Shown here one piece after another: positions 1 to 21,245 of a stretch of DNA of 64,000 nucleotides; the first letter of the stretch is position 1; every line of letters starts with the position of its first letter. Position numbers and translations under genes: made by a program. The notes below the pieces were generated by a model. It saw nothing but the letters and a program-made list of their open reading frames with translations, did not search any database and was not told the origin of the DNA. The stretch is taken from positions 24,303,504 to 24,367,503 of the forward strand of contig OZ037765.1 of assembly GCA_964035545.1 (NCBI GenBank). The letters run 5' to 3'. Origin of the DNA: Bugula neritina (taxonomy: Eukaryota > Animalia > Bryozoa).

Positions 1-257
1 GGTTGGTCTGTAGCACGCAATTTGCAGCTTTACTGTAACACAAATTATTGTTACTTGGAACTAAAAAATGTTGCCTGTTGCTAAAAAAATCTTTATTGCA
101 TATCTATAAAACAGGCAGCGTATACATGAGTATGTAAGGGTAAGTTGAAATAAGTAAAAAGTTGTTTGTTGTGCTCACTAGATGGCTATAATAAATATAC
201 ACAGTATGTATATGCTAATTATATTATTTTAAATTTGTTATGAATTAATTTTATTAG

Positions 258-7198
<6,941 letters not shown>

Positions 7199-7519
7199 TA
7201 TAATATTATGAGTCATAAATCTCTAATGGTTTAAAACATAATGTTTAAATTTTATTCATTAAAACACATCAAACCATTAGTGATAAAATTATACACATAT
7301 TAAATCATAGTCACAAATATAGTTTACGTTTTGGAAATAAAGTCTACAGCAGTTTTGTTTGGGTTTTCAATTTGATACAAGATAATTGTATAAAAAATTG
7401 CAATGATCAAAGCCTAAATTAGCACCATTAAGGAATTTAATATCTCTACAGTAACATCTAAGCCTAAACTTCAACATTTATTAGGTACTGTAATGGTAAA
7501 GATTATTTTACAGGATTTA

Positions 7520-10500
7520 TTAATTCTGATATTCAATCAACACATCATAACCAATTTGCTTTTCTAAGTCCTTCATCATGCGAAGACACCTTTCTTCATA
7601 AAATGGTAAGCTCACACATTGCACACCAACTGGCAAACCCTCCGATCCTTCAAGATTCTAAAGTATAAACACAGTCACAAAGTAAACCAATAAAAAACCA
7701 TCACATTAAAGCAATCAACATGAAACCATAAATCAAATAATATATTTATATAGAGGTCCATAAATTGGTCCCAGAAATTGAAAATCATAACAATATTTTT
7801 AGAACATTATCAACATAACACTTGTGAGTAAATAATAATCATAACTCACCTTCTTCATAGCTTTATGCCACATATCTTTAGTTGGAAAACTGACCATGTC
7901 TTTCTGGATGTCTTCTGTGGTAACCTTAGTGATTGGTACAGCTCCAGATGGGAAGTTCAATAGGTTAAACAAAGCCGTGTACACCACCACTCCTGTATAG
8001 AATTGGTAATGTTTACGATTATTGACTGAGTATGATTCAGCAATTCAGAATGTTACCCAACACATAACAACTTTGGTAAATTTGTACACGGCTCTATGAA
8101 AGTATTGTAATATTTTCATATTTATATTCCCCACTTCCACAAATGCAGAAGTTACAAAACCTATACAAACAATGTCAGTAATATAAAAATTGTGCTTTCT
8201 ATTTAATAGGCTTGCGAAATTATATCTAGTCTACATATACTTTAGTTTCTGCAATGCTGTTGTTTTTACACTTATAGTTTCTTTGTATATATTATATTTC
8301 TATATATCTAATATTTATATATATTATATTATATTATATTTATGTATTATATGATCACAAAGCAACTGTGTTCAGACATAATATGAATAATAACTTAGAC
8401 TAACTACACATAATGTCTTGAGAAATTCATGATTATTTGAACTATTCAGAATGTGTATTATTAATGACAAGCTATTAGAGGTACAGCCTAGTGTATCACT
8501 TACTAACCAATTGCATCTTTACATTCCCCAATCCTCATAGCAGGTACAGGCATCGCTGGACATAGTATTGCATCTATTTCCTGTTTCTCCATTTCCTTAA
8601 CCACCATCCGTCTGTATTCCTGCAAATAAATCCTTTACGTGTATGGAATGTAAAGTTGCCAAAAGTTATGTATGTAGATAACAATATCACACAAAATTCC
8701 TCTCCAATAAGTCTTAGTCTTACTTTAATTTCTGCTTCATCTTTCCAGAAGTTTGATATGGTCCCAGAACCACTGCTTGAAGTCAAATAATTAATGAGGT
8801 ACCGTGGAAACTAAAATGTACGTAGTTGAAACATTCACGTTATTGATTGATAAACATATCAACAATTTCAAGAAACTAATTAAACTTTACTGGTAAATTT
8901 CTACATCAAAATGGAACATGTATATAAGTGTATGTACAACAGCGTATAGTATATTACGACCACACAACAGATAGCATTCCTGGAAGTATATTATAGCAAC
9001 AATACTATTCACACTTACTATTAATGGTGCAATGGTGCTTGCTATAAACTTCTTCAACCAAGCAGGCATCATGGACAAATATAAGATGTCTTTAATGTGG
9101 TCTTCCCATATGTCATTCTGACTAGAAAATGTTAAAATGAATATTAAATACTGTGGCTTCAACTTACTTAACAGCCGCATATTACATTTACTAAACAATT
9201 AAATTAGTCATACGAGATTAAGCCCAATTCATATGGGCAATTCCTGTATAACATTCACAGTATAATAAACAAATTTTTTATTACAGAAATTCTGAATGAC
9301 GAAATCTCAAAGAAATTTTATTACCACTTGCATGTATAATAAAATTGATATGCTGCAAGGAAGTTCAAATAGAATTTCGAATATTTAATATTTATACAAT
9401 GATAACAAAATGGTTGAGTGTTACTTTCAACTGCATATTGCATTTACTCAAAATCTCAACAATGTATTTAAAAATTTTTGGCCGAATAAAAAAACATTAT
9501 GTTTTTTTAAAAAAACACGGCACTTTTGTTGTGGCCATGAGGAACAGTATTGGTAATTTGTTAACAGAAATGCCTTGAAATTTTTTGCATATCCCTATTA
9601 AAATTTTCTTCAGATACCAAGAACATTGTCATGATGCTTACACTGCTTCTACGAAGATCTTCCCACCATCTCCAAGCACATTAGTCGCATAAGCTTTACT
9701 GAGAGCCCACATTGTGTTAGGTGGTTGCCAGTGCACAACCTACATATTGAAGGGCATAATAATATACTACTGTATGCATTATGAACTGCTGTATTAACCT
9801 TCATAACTTTTAGCAAGACTAGTGGTGCACCGCATTTCAGTGTGAACCTCAACTTTGCCTTAATGTAGCCCATACGATCCACTCCTGTTAGGTTATTACT
9901 GAACATTACGCTTACTTATGTAGTAAATACTTTGTAGAAGTATGTACAATATTTGCAGTCCGTACCTCATGGCCAGCTTTCTTGAGAGCCTCTTCTGCCA
10001 TTGCTACAGCTCGTTTGGACGACTCGCACACCTCTATGGGCTCAAAACCAAAGAAACATCCAACTCGAAGCTTTTTATTTGAATTCATCTCCTAATTTAA
10101 AAATAGAAAATTCATTCGGGTTTATAGTTACTATATCTGTGAGAACCCCTGATGAAAAGAGTTTTTCTTAAATCTGCTAAGGACTTGTTTGCTATTATGG
10201 AAAAGGAGCAATTATGAAGGAGTGCCGTTTCTAACACCAACAATGGTCTGTACTGGGATTCAAACCACCAACCTTGTGCTTACTTAGCCAGTGCTACCTT
10301 TCTTAAACTAAATAAACCTTTCTATAATCTTACTTCAAGAACTATTTACCCTTCCAAAAAGTGACAAAATTAATAAGTCTTGAAGCAAAATTGTGGCACT
10401 CAATAGCTTACAAAGTGATCAATTTCGTACAAGAAAGTTGATATAAGAAACAAATCCATGAAAATCATTACTAAACTTTAGCTTGAAGGTTGTATAACTA

Positions 10501-13500
10501 ATTTTGTCCCTATAAACTCTAAAAAAAAATTGGATTTAGTCTTGATGCAATTCATATATTTTATTTAAAACTACGGGAAAGATATTTATACGACACTTGC
10601 CTTTTCATTAAAAGGGATTGGAGGAACAAATGGGTCTACAAGGTGCGACGCCGGCATTGAGAGAACTTTCATAGCAGCAATTAAAGAGTTAACATCTCTG
10701 CCCATGGGTCCGCATGTTACAGTTACTGTAGTATAACATTACACGGCAGTAGCCATATGATCGCACATGTTACTGTAGTTATGTTTCATCACACTTGATG
10801 CAAGGAGCAACAAAAGTAATGCCATGTCACTCCATCAAATTTACTAACTTTTCATAAACGAAAACAAACGTTTTACAAATTCATAACTTACAACAGCAGA
10901 TATTTCAATATTGTAAGTAAGAGAAGTCCTAATGAGAGTATACACTGCCTTTCACACACAAATTAATGTCGCAGCATAAAGTGATTAACTACTGGACCAA
11001 AACCAATCCATGTTCTACAAGCTACTAGCAGCATTACAGTCTGTCAACATATCAAATAATTGGATGTGAAGTGCACCTGGATGTTGTAATTATATCCTAT
11101 ATTGTTTTATTGTAGAGTAATTTAATAACATAATCATAAGACCCTTGGGGCATTAATACATTCCCAGAATAAAAGGCTAGACAACATTGCACATATATAT
11201 ATATATATTCATACCAATTCTCCCATTATAATCAACACCAACATCGCCATAGAAACTGAGTCTTCCTGCCGTGGGTTTCAGAGAGTAAATTCCACAAAAT
11301 GCAGCAGGAATCCTTATACTACCTCCAATGTCAGTGCCTAATCCCAATATGGAACTACAGGCTCCAATAGCTGCACCTTCACCTAAATAAATAATTATGT
11401 TGCACATTAGCTGCAAGATAACTAGGTCAGAATAACTCTTACTAGAAAAGAGCATAATTTCTAAGTATTTGCCATCAACCCTTCATCAACAAATATAATG
11501 TATTTTATATCTGTTTCAAAACCACGAGAGCAAGATATTTGTTAAAAGCCATGGTTATGAGACAAGCATTTTTAAATTTATATTTAAAATATGGTTGCTT
11601 TCAGTATATCGTGAAACCAACCATAGTGTCTTTCAATGATAGAAGCAGATGTTCAGGGACTAGATTAGTAATCATTGGCGCAGTCTGGGGATTAGATTAC
11701 AGATAACTCATGTAATAACAAACTGATTAAATTACATATTCAATGAAGTATGTTATGGTTAGTTTTTCTTAACAAAATAACCCTTCTTCCACTCACAGCT
11801 AAAATAACACACACAGCTATCTTATTTTAATTCTAATACTCTAAAGTCAAGTAGGCTTCAGAATGACAGTATGAAAAACTTTGTAGTGCTACTTCCTGTG
11901 AACCAAACAACATGGCTAACAGATGCTCCGATACATGAGAAGAGAGTGAATATGATTTGTAAAAACACCTTCAAAAAACTAAATTTAAACATTCAACCTA
12001 CTGAAACAAACAGTTAGTACTGTTAGACAAAATACCATGTAAAACAAATCAAGCAAGCTGACAATTTTATTATTCCACAAAGTAACACCACTCAACATAC
12101 AGGGAGATCATAATATAATGCAGTTCATTTTTAAAAATAAGTCTTTGTTAGAGTAAAAGTAGAAACAATCAGGTGAAGATTTTCTTACCACCGGAAGATC
12201 CGCCACAAGATCTCAGGGGGTCATGAGGATTGGATGTTGTTCCATAGATTGGATTAACACTATCAAATGACATGCAGGTCTGTGGTATGTTGGTTCTTAT
12301 GAATGGCACTGCACCTTGGGAAACCAGCATCTGCAAGTCCATCATTATACATCTTCGAGATTTACATAAAAAATAGCACAAGTGAACTGGAATCTCAAGT
12401 ATAGAGTATTTATTTGGCTTTTACATACCATTTTTCATTGAGTACTTGTTACGACCACCAACACATCCTATGAAGAGCAAACTCAAGTTGTTATGATGTA
12501 ATATCCGAAATAATTTCCGAAACTCACCTTCACAACAGAAGAAGTTTCTTTCATTGGCTTATTGATCAGTCTGACACAGCCTACTGTACAATCATAACCC
12601 TGGAGGAAAACATTTTTCGTGTGATCAACAATATACAAGTGCAAGGAGAGAGTTTGATACGATAGCTGCTGGAAAAACCTACCTCAAGCATATAAGTCTC
12701 CTTCAAGCTGATTGGTACACCAAAGAGAGGCAAACTTCGACGTTCTTCTGCTGTTAGCGCATCTAACTTTGCAGCCATATCCTGTGAAGGTAAATACTAT
12801 TTAAACATTTCAGTATGACGATTTTAATAATGATTTGTTGGAACAAACTTCCTTTAATCATCTTGTTATGAAATTATTAGAGACAAATTTATTAAGATTG
12901 CATTGAGTCTTTTTAGACCTAAAAGTAAAATTTCATTGAAAACTACCAAAGTCTAACACTACAGTGTGTAATCATATTGTGAAATATTATATTTAAAAGA
13001 CAAAATATATTACAAATATGCCACCATAAAATTATACTGGGCTATATTGTGTAATAAAAAATTGTTTCCATAGTTGAAGTTGTACCTCTGCTTCTGCTAC
13101 AGCTTCGCATATGAAGTTGTGTTTAGCATTTTCCTTTACTGCTTTGTATTGGTATGCCTGTAGAGCCTGCGTAGCTGAAACTTCACCTGACTGCAATACC
13201 CTGCATAAATCTTCAAAAGACAGCTCAGTGATTTTGCTGGCGTCTTGGGGTGAAATCTAAAAAACAGGATCATAAGAGTTATGTATGCACTTTAAACATA
13301 CTTGTGGATAAAGATATAACTGACCAGTAACATATTTCAGACAAAATTAAAACATCCAAAAAATATTTTAGATATTGGTCGAATCAAATTACAAAATAAC
13401 CAGTTCAAATATGTTTTTGTTGCAATTAAGATTTTGTCATTGTCTGATCATCCACGATAAAATCCAATTATTATATGATAATATCAGCTAAAACATAAAA

Positions 13501-14073
13501 CACGGATGATGCATAACTAAAAAATTGGTTATGCTTGACAATACAAAATTAGAAGATTTATCTAATAATTTACGAAAATATATCAGCAATCACCTTTAAA
13601 GCAGATATAATTCTAATCACAGTGAGTGTGGATCTAGCAAAAACTATTTGTAAGTGACCCAACAAAAATAAACAAAGCTAGATGTGGCAGAAATTCTAGC
13701 TGACTGCATTTGATGAAATTAATTTAAGACATAAATGCATGAAATTGACTACAACATAAATTTGCATTTAAGCTAAAATCAAGATTTTTTGCTTACTCTA
13801 ATACTAGATATATATAATTAAGTCACTCTACTTTAGAGTAAACTAATATAGGGTACAGTAATGAGTTACCTTGGTGACTACAAGAGCAGCCCATTTTGTG
13901 TTAGAAGATTTTATAGCAGCAATTTTCTTCTCCCGAACTTCATTAAAATGTTGAGTAGTAAAATATGAGCTGGTCCAGGAAACAAGCTTCTTGAGAGAAA
14001 ACAAACATACCAACATGGTGCAGCCTAGCATTGGGACTGAAAAAGGGCCCCCTGGGCTTTCCATATTAGACAT
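7520..14073 (-). CDS. FAAH: Fatty acid amide hydrolase (amidase signature family)
   Basis: 14 exons ~13870-14073, 13086-13256, 12683-12781 ([11 protein letters not shown], catalytic Lys), 12528-12599, 12189-12330 (TNIPQ...GGSSG), 11215-11382 (GEGA...[25 protein letters not shown]), 10601-10725 (GPMGRDV), 9966-10091, 9642-9739, 9019-9121, 8724-8810, 8508-8619, 7850-7992 ([16 protein letters not shown]), 7520-7657 (GLPVGVQCV). Lys-Ser-Ser triad motifs intact; N-terminal hydrophobic segment. Confidence 0.93.
10116..10300 (-). mobile_element. tRNA-derived SINE, diverged copy (FAAH intron)
   Basis: Reverse complement contains a B-box-like GGTTTGAATCC, then CCATTG..TGTTAG, CATAATTGCTCC, AAGTCCTTAG, CATCAG..TTCTCACAG and ACTATAAAC in the same order as the 22961-23165 copy. 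Confidence 0.75.
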
Positions 14074-14132
14074 TTTGATTTTGGACTCCAATGCTACCAA
14101 ATACAAAAATACGTGTTTCAACTCCTCTCGCA

Positions 14133-14400
14133 GTACTAGTACTAGTAGTATTACTAGTACTAGTACTAGTAGTATAACTAGTACTAGTACTAGTAGTATT
14201 ACTAGTACTAGTAGTATTACTAGTACTAGTACTACTAGTACTAGGTCTACTACTACTACTACTACTAGTAGTAGTAGACCTAATACTAGTAGTACTGCTA
14301 CTGCTACTAGTACTACTACTACTAGTAGTAGTACAGTAGTATTACTAGCAGTAGTAGTAGTAGTACTAGTAGTAGTAGTAGTAGCCATAGATTCTAGTTC
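14133..14400. repeat. ACT/AGT (ACTAGT-rich) low-complexity tract in the probable 5'-UTR intron of FAAH
   Basis: Directly visible. On the minus strand it lies between a candidate donor (~14530) and acceptor ttttgtatttggtag (~14094). Confidence 0.9.
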
Positions 14401-15848
14401 TTAAATTAAATCTTAAAAATAAAATAGATAGGTACACCAGTGGAAGTGCGTTGATGAAATAAAGAAAAAACTGCAAGTATCACAGTGATAGTATATCAAA
14501 CTAAGAATAAATAGCTGAAAATTATATTACAAAGAAAAAGTTGCACGTCCGTTGTAGTACGGTTCTGATCAGCTGGAAAAGATAACAATTATGGAGTTCA
14601 ATTGAGCACGGTATATATAATATTATTTATGCCTATTGTTCCGGCTGAGTGCAAAAGCTTCGCCACGCCCATTGCTAGAACTTGTGCTGGGAGTTTTAAT
14701 GACTCTATAATCAACTCCCACATTTGGCGATAGTTGTACAAAATGCTCTATAACTATGAGGATGATGAACTCTTTATTTGATAAAATAATACACGAAAAA
14801 AAGAAAATATCTCTATTTGCAGGCAAAGATGAAAGGTTAATATTTCTGAATGTATAAAAAATACAATCTACAGCATAATTGCTTTCTGTACAACAGTTAT
14901 CATAAATATTATAAGGTAGTAGGTACCACATAATATTATTAAATACAGTTGATACTTGAAAATAAAGATTGTATTGAGTATTAGAATGGCAATTATTTGA
15001 GATTTTTTTCAAAAGAGTTATGTCAGTGATTGTGCTGCGTGTTATCTGAGGTTGATGTCTATAACTATAACTAATATTATAGTTTCAGTTCAGTGCTCTT
15101 GACTATTAACTATTCTAAGCATGTCAGGCACAGCTTTGTTTAATTTTGGCAGTGTGAGCTGGAATTTTAAGACTGGTTTCTTCAAGGACTCATAGTTTTG
15201 AGAAAAATACCAAAGAAGGAGCGTTCACAAAGAGTAAAATAATTTAATATTTTTTACAGCTTAACTGATGCAAAAAGAATTCAAATTTTTGTTCATAAAA
15301 TTTCACAATTGCTACAATATCTGTTTATAAAACTACACAATACAACATAGATAAATGGCAGCAATATGATGCTTTTCTAAACTTCTGTTGGTAGTTCACG
15401 CTAGAGATATTCAAACACATTGTATGCCACATTTTTACAAGCAAAATAAAAGTATTACAAGCACATAAATTTATTTTTCCAATACAAGTACAATTATAAA
15501 ATATCCAACACATTTTTGTTTGGCCTAATAAGTCATCGGCAATCTTCACATGAAAAATGATCATGTCATATAAGTCTCCAATGAGTTACACTGAAGTCCT
15601 GTATCAAAGCTATACTAACTATTCACCATAAACAAAAGCCAAGCCACTTTTCTGTTATAGAAAACCGGAGTTAACATGATATTATATCTTATGTGATTAG
15701 ATGGCCTTTGGTATTGCCCTTCACATGTATGGTTTTTGCCCCTTTAATGGCTATTTTCTTTAATAGAATACTCACACATGCTAAGCCAGCTAAGCCTTAA
15801 AACAATACAGCAAAGTTTTATATGTTTAATTCACTTTCTGTTATTAAT

Positions 15849-18800
15849 TTATGCAAGAATTTTGAAATATGGAACAGTTTTGATGGTCACTGCATAGTCA
15901 ATCCACAGAGGTCCTCTGTAACTCACATCCTGGTTATTCATATCCACCCAAACACCTTCAGGTAAATATACTTTTCTGTACGACACCTTTGGCTCAACAA
16001 CCGGTGCCACTAGCAAAGAATCCCCTACAAAAATATGAGCAACATGCATCGGCTCCTGGGGTGTAGCCTAGTAAGAGCATCATTGTTTTTAGTCTATATT
16101 TTTATTTAAAGATAATGCTGCCTGCGCTAATCTTATACATATTCAACTTTTTAGAGACTAAGATAAAATATAGTTTATAATACCTATTAAAAACTGATCT
16201 TCTATGTCCAATGTATTAAGATCGCTTGGAAAGTTCCACCACAGAGGGCGTATTATTGGTGTGCCATCAACTATGGTCTGCTCAGCTAAAGAAAGTATTA
16301 ACGGAGCAACAAGCTCTTCATGTAGTCGAGTAGCTTCCAGGGCTATAAATTTATAAACATGTTTAAAGAGAATTAGTTGATAATAAATAATGTCTACTTA
16401 TACAACTTCTATTAATAGACTTAGAATTTGCATTCAGAAACAAATATAAGAGTTTTCTGGTAACTGAAATAGAGCATACTTTCTATTGCAGACAAAGTTT
16501 GACTGCCTAAAAAAAGATTTACGAACTGATACATAACTCAATTGTGCAGCCAGTTTTGATTTCTATTTTATGCAAAGAAATTTGAAAGAATTTGCTTTAT
16601 AGATATTTTCAAATTATGCTATAGCATTCAAGTTATATATTATAGCATTCAGTAAATCAAAACCCATAGATAGTGCCATGCAGTTGTGTTTCAATGACAA
16701 TAGGTGCATCGCATGATAATTCATACCTATAGAAGTTGTCTCCTCATCATATTGCCATGGACTAATAGATATTTGCATAGAAGGCAAAAAAGCTACCAAC
16801 TGAAACCATCTGATATAAAGCTCCTTTTCTGGTTTAATTGAAAGTTTAAACATGACTTCATCATCTTCTACCATAGCATTTCCACCTGCAGCAAATCCAA
16901 AGCCTTACAAAAAAGATTCTGAATTTATCATGCTATGTTTTTATCTGAAGTAATTTACAATATAGTTATAATAAAATGTCAAATTTGTAAAAGTTCTTAG
17001 AAAATAGCTTATAATTTGTAAACGTCAAGGTTTAATATTTGCACAAATAATTATTGCATAATTTATTACAAATAACAAACTATTATGATTACTATACAAA
17101 AGCAATACTAATTTGTGTTGCAGCTCAAGGCTTTTACAACTCAGGTCTCACAAGTATATTATTTTTTTCATAAACCTGTGGCATCTAATTGATTTAGACT
17201 GTCTATGACATGAAACTAAAGATTGATTTTTAAAATTATAAAAGCACTTAGAACCTGTAAGTAAATTACATATTAATAATACCTATCATGTCTGGAAGAA
17301 TAAAATGATACCCAATAATGCTTAGATGCAATGCACTCGGTATCATAGATTTAAGACCATTGTTAAATCCCCAATAAGAATGCTTATCCATCATCCTGAG
17401 GTAGATGTTGCTATCTTGATTTCTATAAGCTGCGCGTGTCTCAACCATACTGCCAAACTTCGACGCCATTCTCACATATTTTTGTGTCAATAAATTTTGA
17501 TTGTAGCCTAATTCTATAATATAAGTAAGATTATATCCAAATACTTCGAAGAATTTCTTTTAGGGTCAACATATCAAACATAGCAAACTGTTGCAGGATT
17601 CTACAATTAATTATATATGCAAATGAAATAGATTCAAGAGTATGGTATTGTAATCCAATAATAACATATATTTTTACACTGTAAAAGTACTCTGATAAAT
17701 ATAAACATCAGAGGTCAGCTGAAGCAGTGTGCTGTCAACAACTGAACATTTCAAAATTTAGTTTAGAATATTTTACCTGATGGCATATAAATGTACTCCC
17801 CACCATCAAACTTGAATGAATCAATTCCTACGCGTTGAAAGTATGCCAACTTTTTGGTATACCAATCTTCAGCTTCAGGATTATAAAAGTCAATAATGGC
17901 TCCAGTACCTTGCCACCATTTCATCAAACCGGTCACATTTCTAACCTTGTTTTTCACAAAATAGTTTTTTGCTACACCTTCCTAAAAAGAAAGTAATTAT
18001 ATGAGACAGCCTATTAATAGCTTTTCAGACTCAGCCATTTCTAAAAATATTAACAACTGGTTTCAACAAAATTTTGTAAGGTTTATTTAAGATAATTATA
18101 GGCAATTTACTTCATTACTAAAACATATTGCATGGTACTGCAAATTATTAGCTTATACCTGAAATGCTGCAGTGTCATAGTTCACAAATGGATGCACCCA
18201 TGATGTCACACGGTAATCCATTTGTTTCAACTTTTGCAGCATTTGTTTTGGATTTGGAAATCTGTTAGGATCAAATTGCATATCTCCATAGTTGGTTGTA
18301 TAGGTGTCATCTATTTCTAACTGACTACACTTGAATCCATGATCTGTGATTTCTTGAGCGAATGATATGATGATGGTTTCATTGATTTCTGTCTTGTAGC
18401 GGACCCAAGTTGACCAGATAGGCTGCTGTAGCATTCTGACATCTGGTATCTTGGTGGGCTTTCGAAAGAAAGACTTTATCATATATTCATGTGTTTCCTT
18501 TAAGGAGCTACCAGATTTGCATATGAAATAATCCATGACTCCTCCCATTGACCCAAGTTTGATATCTCCATGTTCCGCACCATAATACAGGTCTACGTCA
18601 TCATGAGGAAAATATATGGCTATTCCACTGGAGGATAACCAGTATCTCTCAAGTATAGATCCAAAGCGACCAGGGTGCAGTAATAGATCATCACTCACAT
18701 AGTGTTGGTAAGCTACATCTTCCTTGCTGAGAGGCCATCTTGCAGTGTAATACTGAGGACCTCCATACCAAACACCAGAGCTTACTTGGTGGATGGTGCT

Positions 18801-19091
18801 CCTATCTGTTTTGTAGACAACATTTACACAGTTGTTACTAGCTGTACTAAATGTGTATTCCCCTAGAGAGCCACTCCCCTTAATAAAAATTGAGCCAAGT
18901 GTTGACTCATTAGAATCCTTTATTGTAATATGATCAGAAACTCTACTCACAGAAATAGAACCAGATTTGGAGCTACTTTCCTGGCTACACTGGCAAGGCA
19001 GGTTTCTCACGGATGGAGAAAACCAAAGTGGAATTATTGCCAAAGCTAGAATCACAACAAGAAGGTCAACAGCACTTCGTATTATCTCCAT
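15849..19091 (-). CDS. MYORG: GH31 glycoside hydrolase, myogenesis-regulating glycosidase (MYORG/NET37)-like
   Basis: Exons ~18159-19091 (N-terminal signal anchor; WYGG, ERYWLSS, PIWSTW, LEIDD, WVHPF), 17777-17981 (WWQG, nucleophile motif SFKFDGGE), 17283-17512 (acid/base [17 protein letters not shown]), 16727-16885 ([14 protein letters not shown]), 16184-16342 ([14 protein letters not shown]), 15849-16024 ([13 protein letters not shown]). Confidence 0.9.
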
Positions 19092-21245
19092 TTAACGGTT
19101 AATACTTCATTTACACAACAAAATGATGGTGGTTCAGGTAAAATGCATACACAAGCTACTTTAATTGTACTGATACTGTTGTCATTGAACAAACTACCCA
19201 AACGTCTACCTTGCGGTTAGTTGCTGTCACAGTGTTAGCTGTTATCATGAATAATTGTATGATCAAAGTTGCTAGAAAAATCCAGGTCACAGTTCAAAAG
19301 GTCAAAACTTCTAAACTACCAGTACAACATAGACAGTTCAGTTGTAATCATCATACCCTTATATTATTTGGAGGTATGGGGGGGGGGGGGGGGGAGGAGG
19401 GAGTTGGAATAAAAGCCCTCCTCTCCTAATGTTGTAGACGTTTTCATAAGGTTCTCAAATTAAAGCTCAGTATATCACAAGGTAAAAGGCGAACATAATT
19501 ATTTAAAATGTGGTAAGAAATTGACTTAGAAACTTTGTCCAATAACTTTTTTGCAAAATAACTCGGATAGGCTGTATTTACAGCTAATATAATCCTAAAA
19601 TCTAAATAATAGACGTAGGTGTATAACAGTATTTCTTCTTTCAAGTCTGCATGTTGTCAAATAACTAAAACATCAGCCTAACCCTAAACTGTACATATAG
19701 TTAATCATATAAACTAAGAAAAAAACTGCACCTCTTACAAAAAATAGTTATATGCTAAACTGATGGAATTGACTTTTTTAATACCCACTTAACAACTTAC
19801 CAATTGGTTCAAAAGAGCAATAACATACACATTTATTCAACCCATAATTCTGAGCTGCTACTTCATATAATTCATAAAATGTGTTATGTTATATTCTAGT
19901 AGCAAACACTAACAAAAGTATATAAAAATTGAATTAGATTTCGAAAAATAAAACTGATTTTATTGTGGCTGCAGCTGTGATTTGTAAGTTTGGATGCCCC
20001 AGTTGAGCTCACATCTGTGCACATCTAGCTATACTTAGGGCTATACTGTTGCCAAAGTAAATGATAAGAAATTCATTTTTACTTGAATTGCTTATGTAAA
20101 ACTTTCTATAACAAGCTGTTTGCATATATTTGGCAACAGTCAACACATGTATGTAGTATAAAGAAACTCATTATACTACATACATGCTATTCGTCCAATT
20201 TATTGACCGCCTGAATACGCTATAAAGAAACTCTTTATCACGCAATAATTAGCTTTCAATCTAGCTCCTTAATTTCCCATATGCACTGCAAACCCCATAT
20301 GTTTGCTTTTATATGACACACAATCTATAATCACAACTTGCACTAATAGATGCATTTTTAGATTTTGATAACATAAATACCAGTAGAAGATTCTGTGCTT
20401 ATAATGTCTTTATGGTTCTTGGGTTTCCAACAATTTCCACATTCTCAGAAATCATTTATTGAATTATAATATGTATTCTGATTTTGGTTGCTAGTATTGA
20501 GAATTCCTTAGCTAGCTTTTATTAAGATTACTTGGCAAAAGTTATACACTTTTATTTTAGAAAATATATAGCTTAGAGCTGTAGTTAAAAAGCACAATAT
20601 AATTGATTTTATAAAATGCAGAGTTTGGTTATCAAAATATAAGCAAATAGTGAATAATATATTGTTGAAACCAATATTAAACACAGGTGGACATAAACAA
20701 ATACTATGAAAATTGCTGATAACAATTAACAGCAAAGAAGTTTTAATTGACATTCTACTGTAACGAAGTTTAAAAAATGCACCAGCTAAGCGTTTTCAAT
20801 ACAAACAATTTTTGCTGCTGTTATATTGCAAATTTAAAAAACATAGGTGTCTAATAAGTCACAGAACAACTAAAGATAGTACATAAAAAGCAGACAATTA
20901 CGGTGGTTTACATTAAATAAATTTAAAGTTGCAGGGTGCTGGTATATAACTTTAAGCTTCAGAATTCAACATTGACTTACGTAGAAAATTGCTGTTCACA
21001 TAGAAATATAATACTATATGTATAAAAAGAAAAAAAGTGTAACAACTGGGACTGTAATTTAGAGATCTTTACATAAAAGATGATATATAAAAAGTAGCAA
21101 AATCAAACAGTATAATAAACCAAGTCTACATTATAGCATTTGATTACTAATAATTAGAAATCAAAACAGATAAATAATTGTGTGAGTTTTTGCTTCTGAC
21201 ATCTATTTATTTTTTATGTTATTTTCACTCTTCCCAGCAACACAT

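Noticed and set aside
13991-14404. Mucin-like Ser/Thr plus hydrophobic ORF on the plus strand
   Set aside because: Antisense to FAAH and derived from the ACT/AGT tract; non-ATG start and no independent gene evidence.
19378-19403. Poly-G run or G-quadruplex upstream of the MYORG-like gene
   Set aside because: A simple homopolymer (a similar one occurs at ~26034), probably repeat-derived; no evidence of function.
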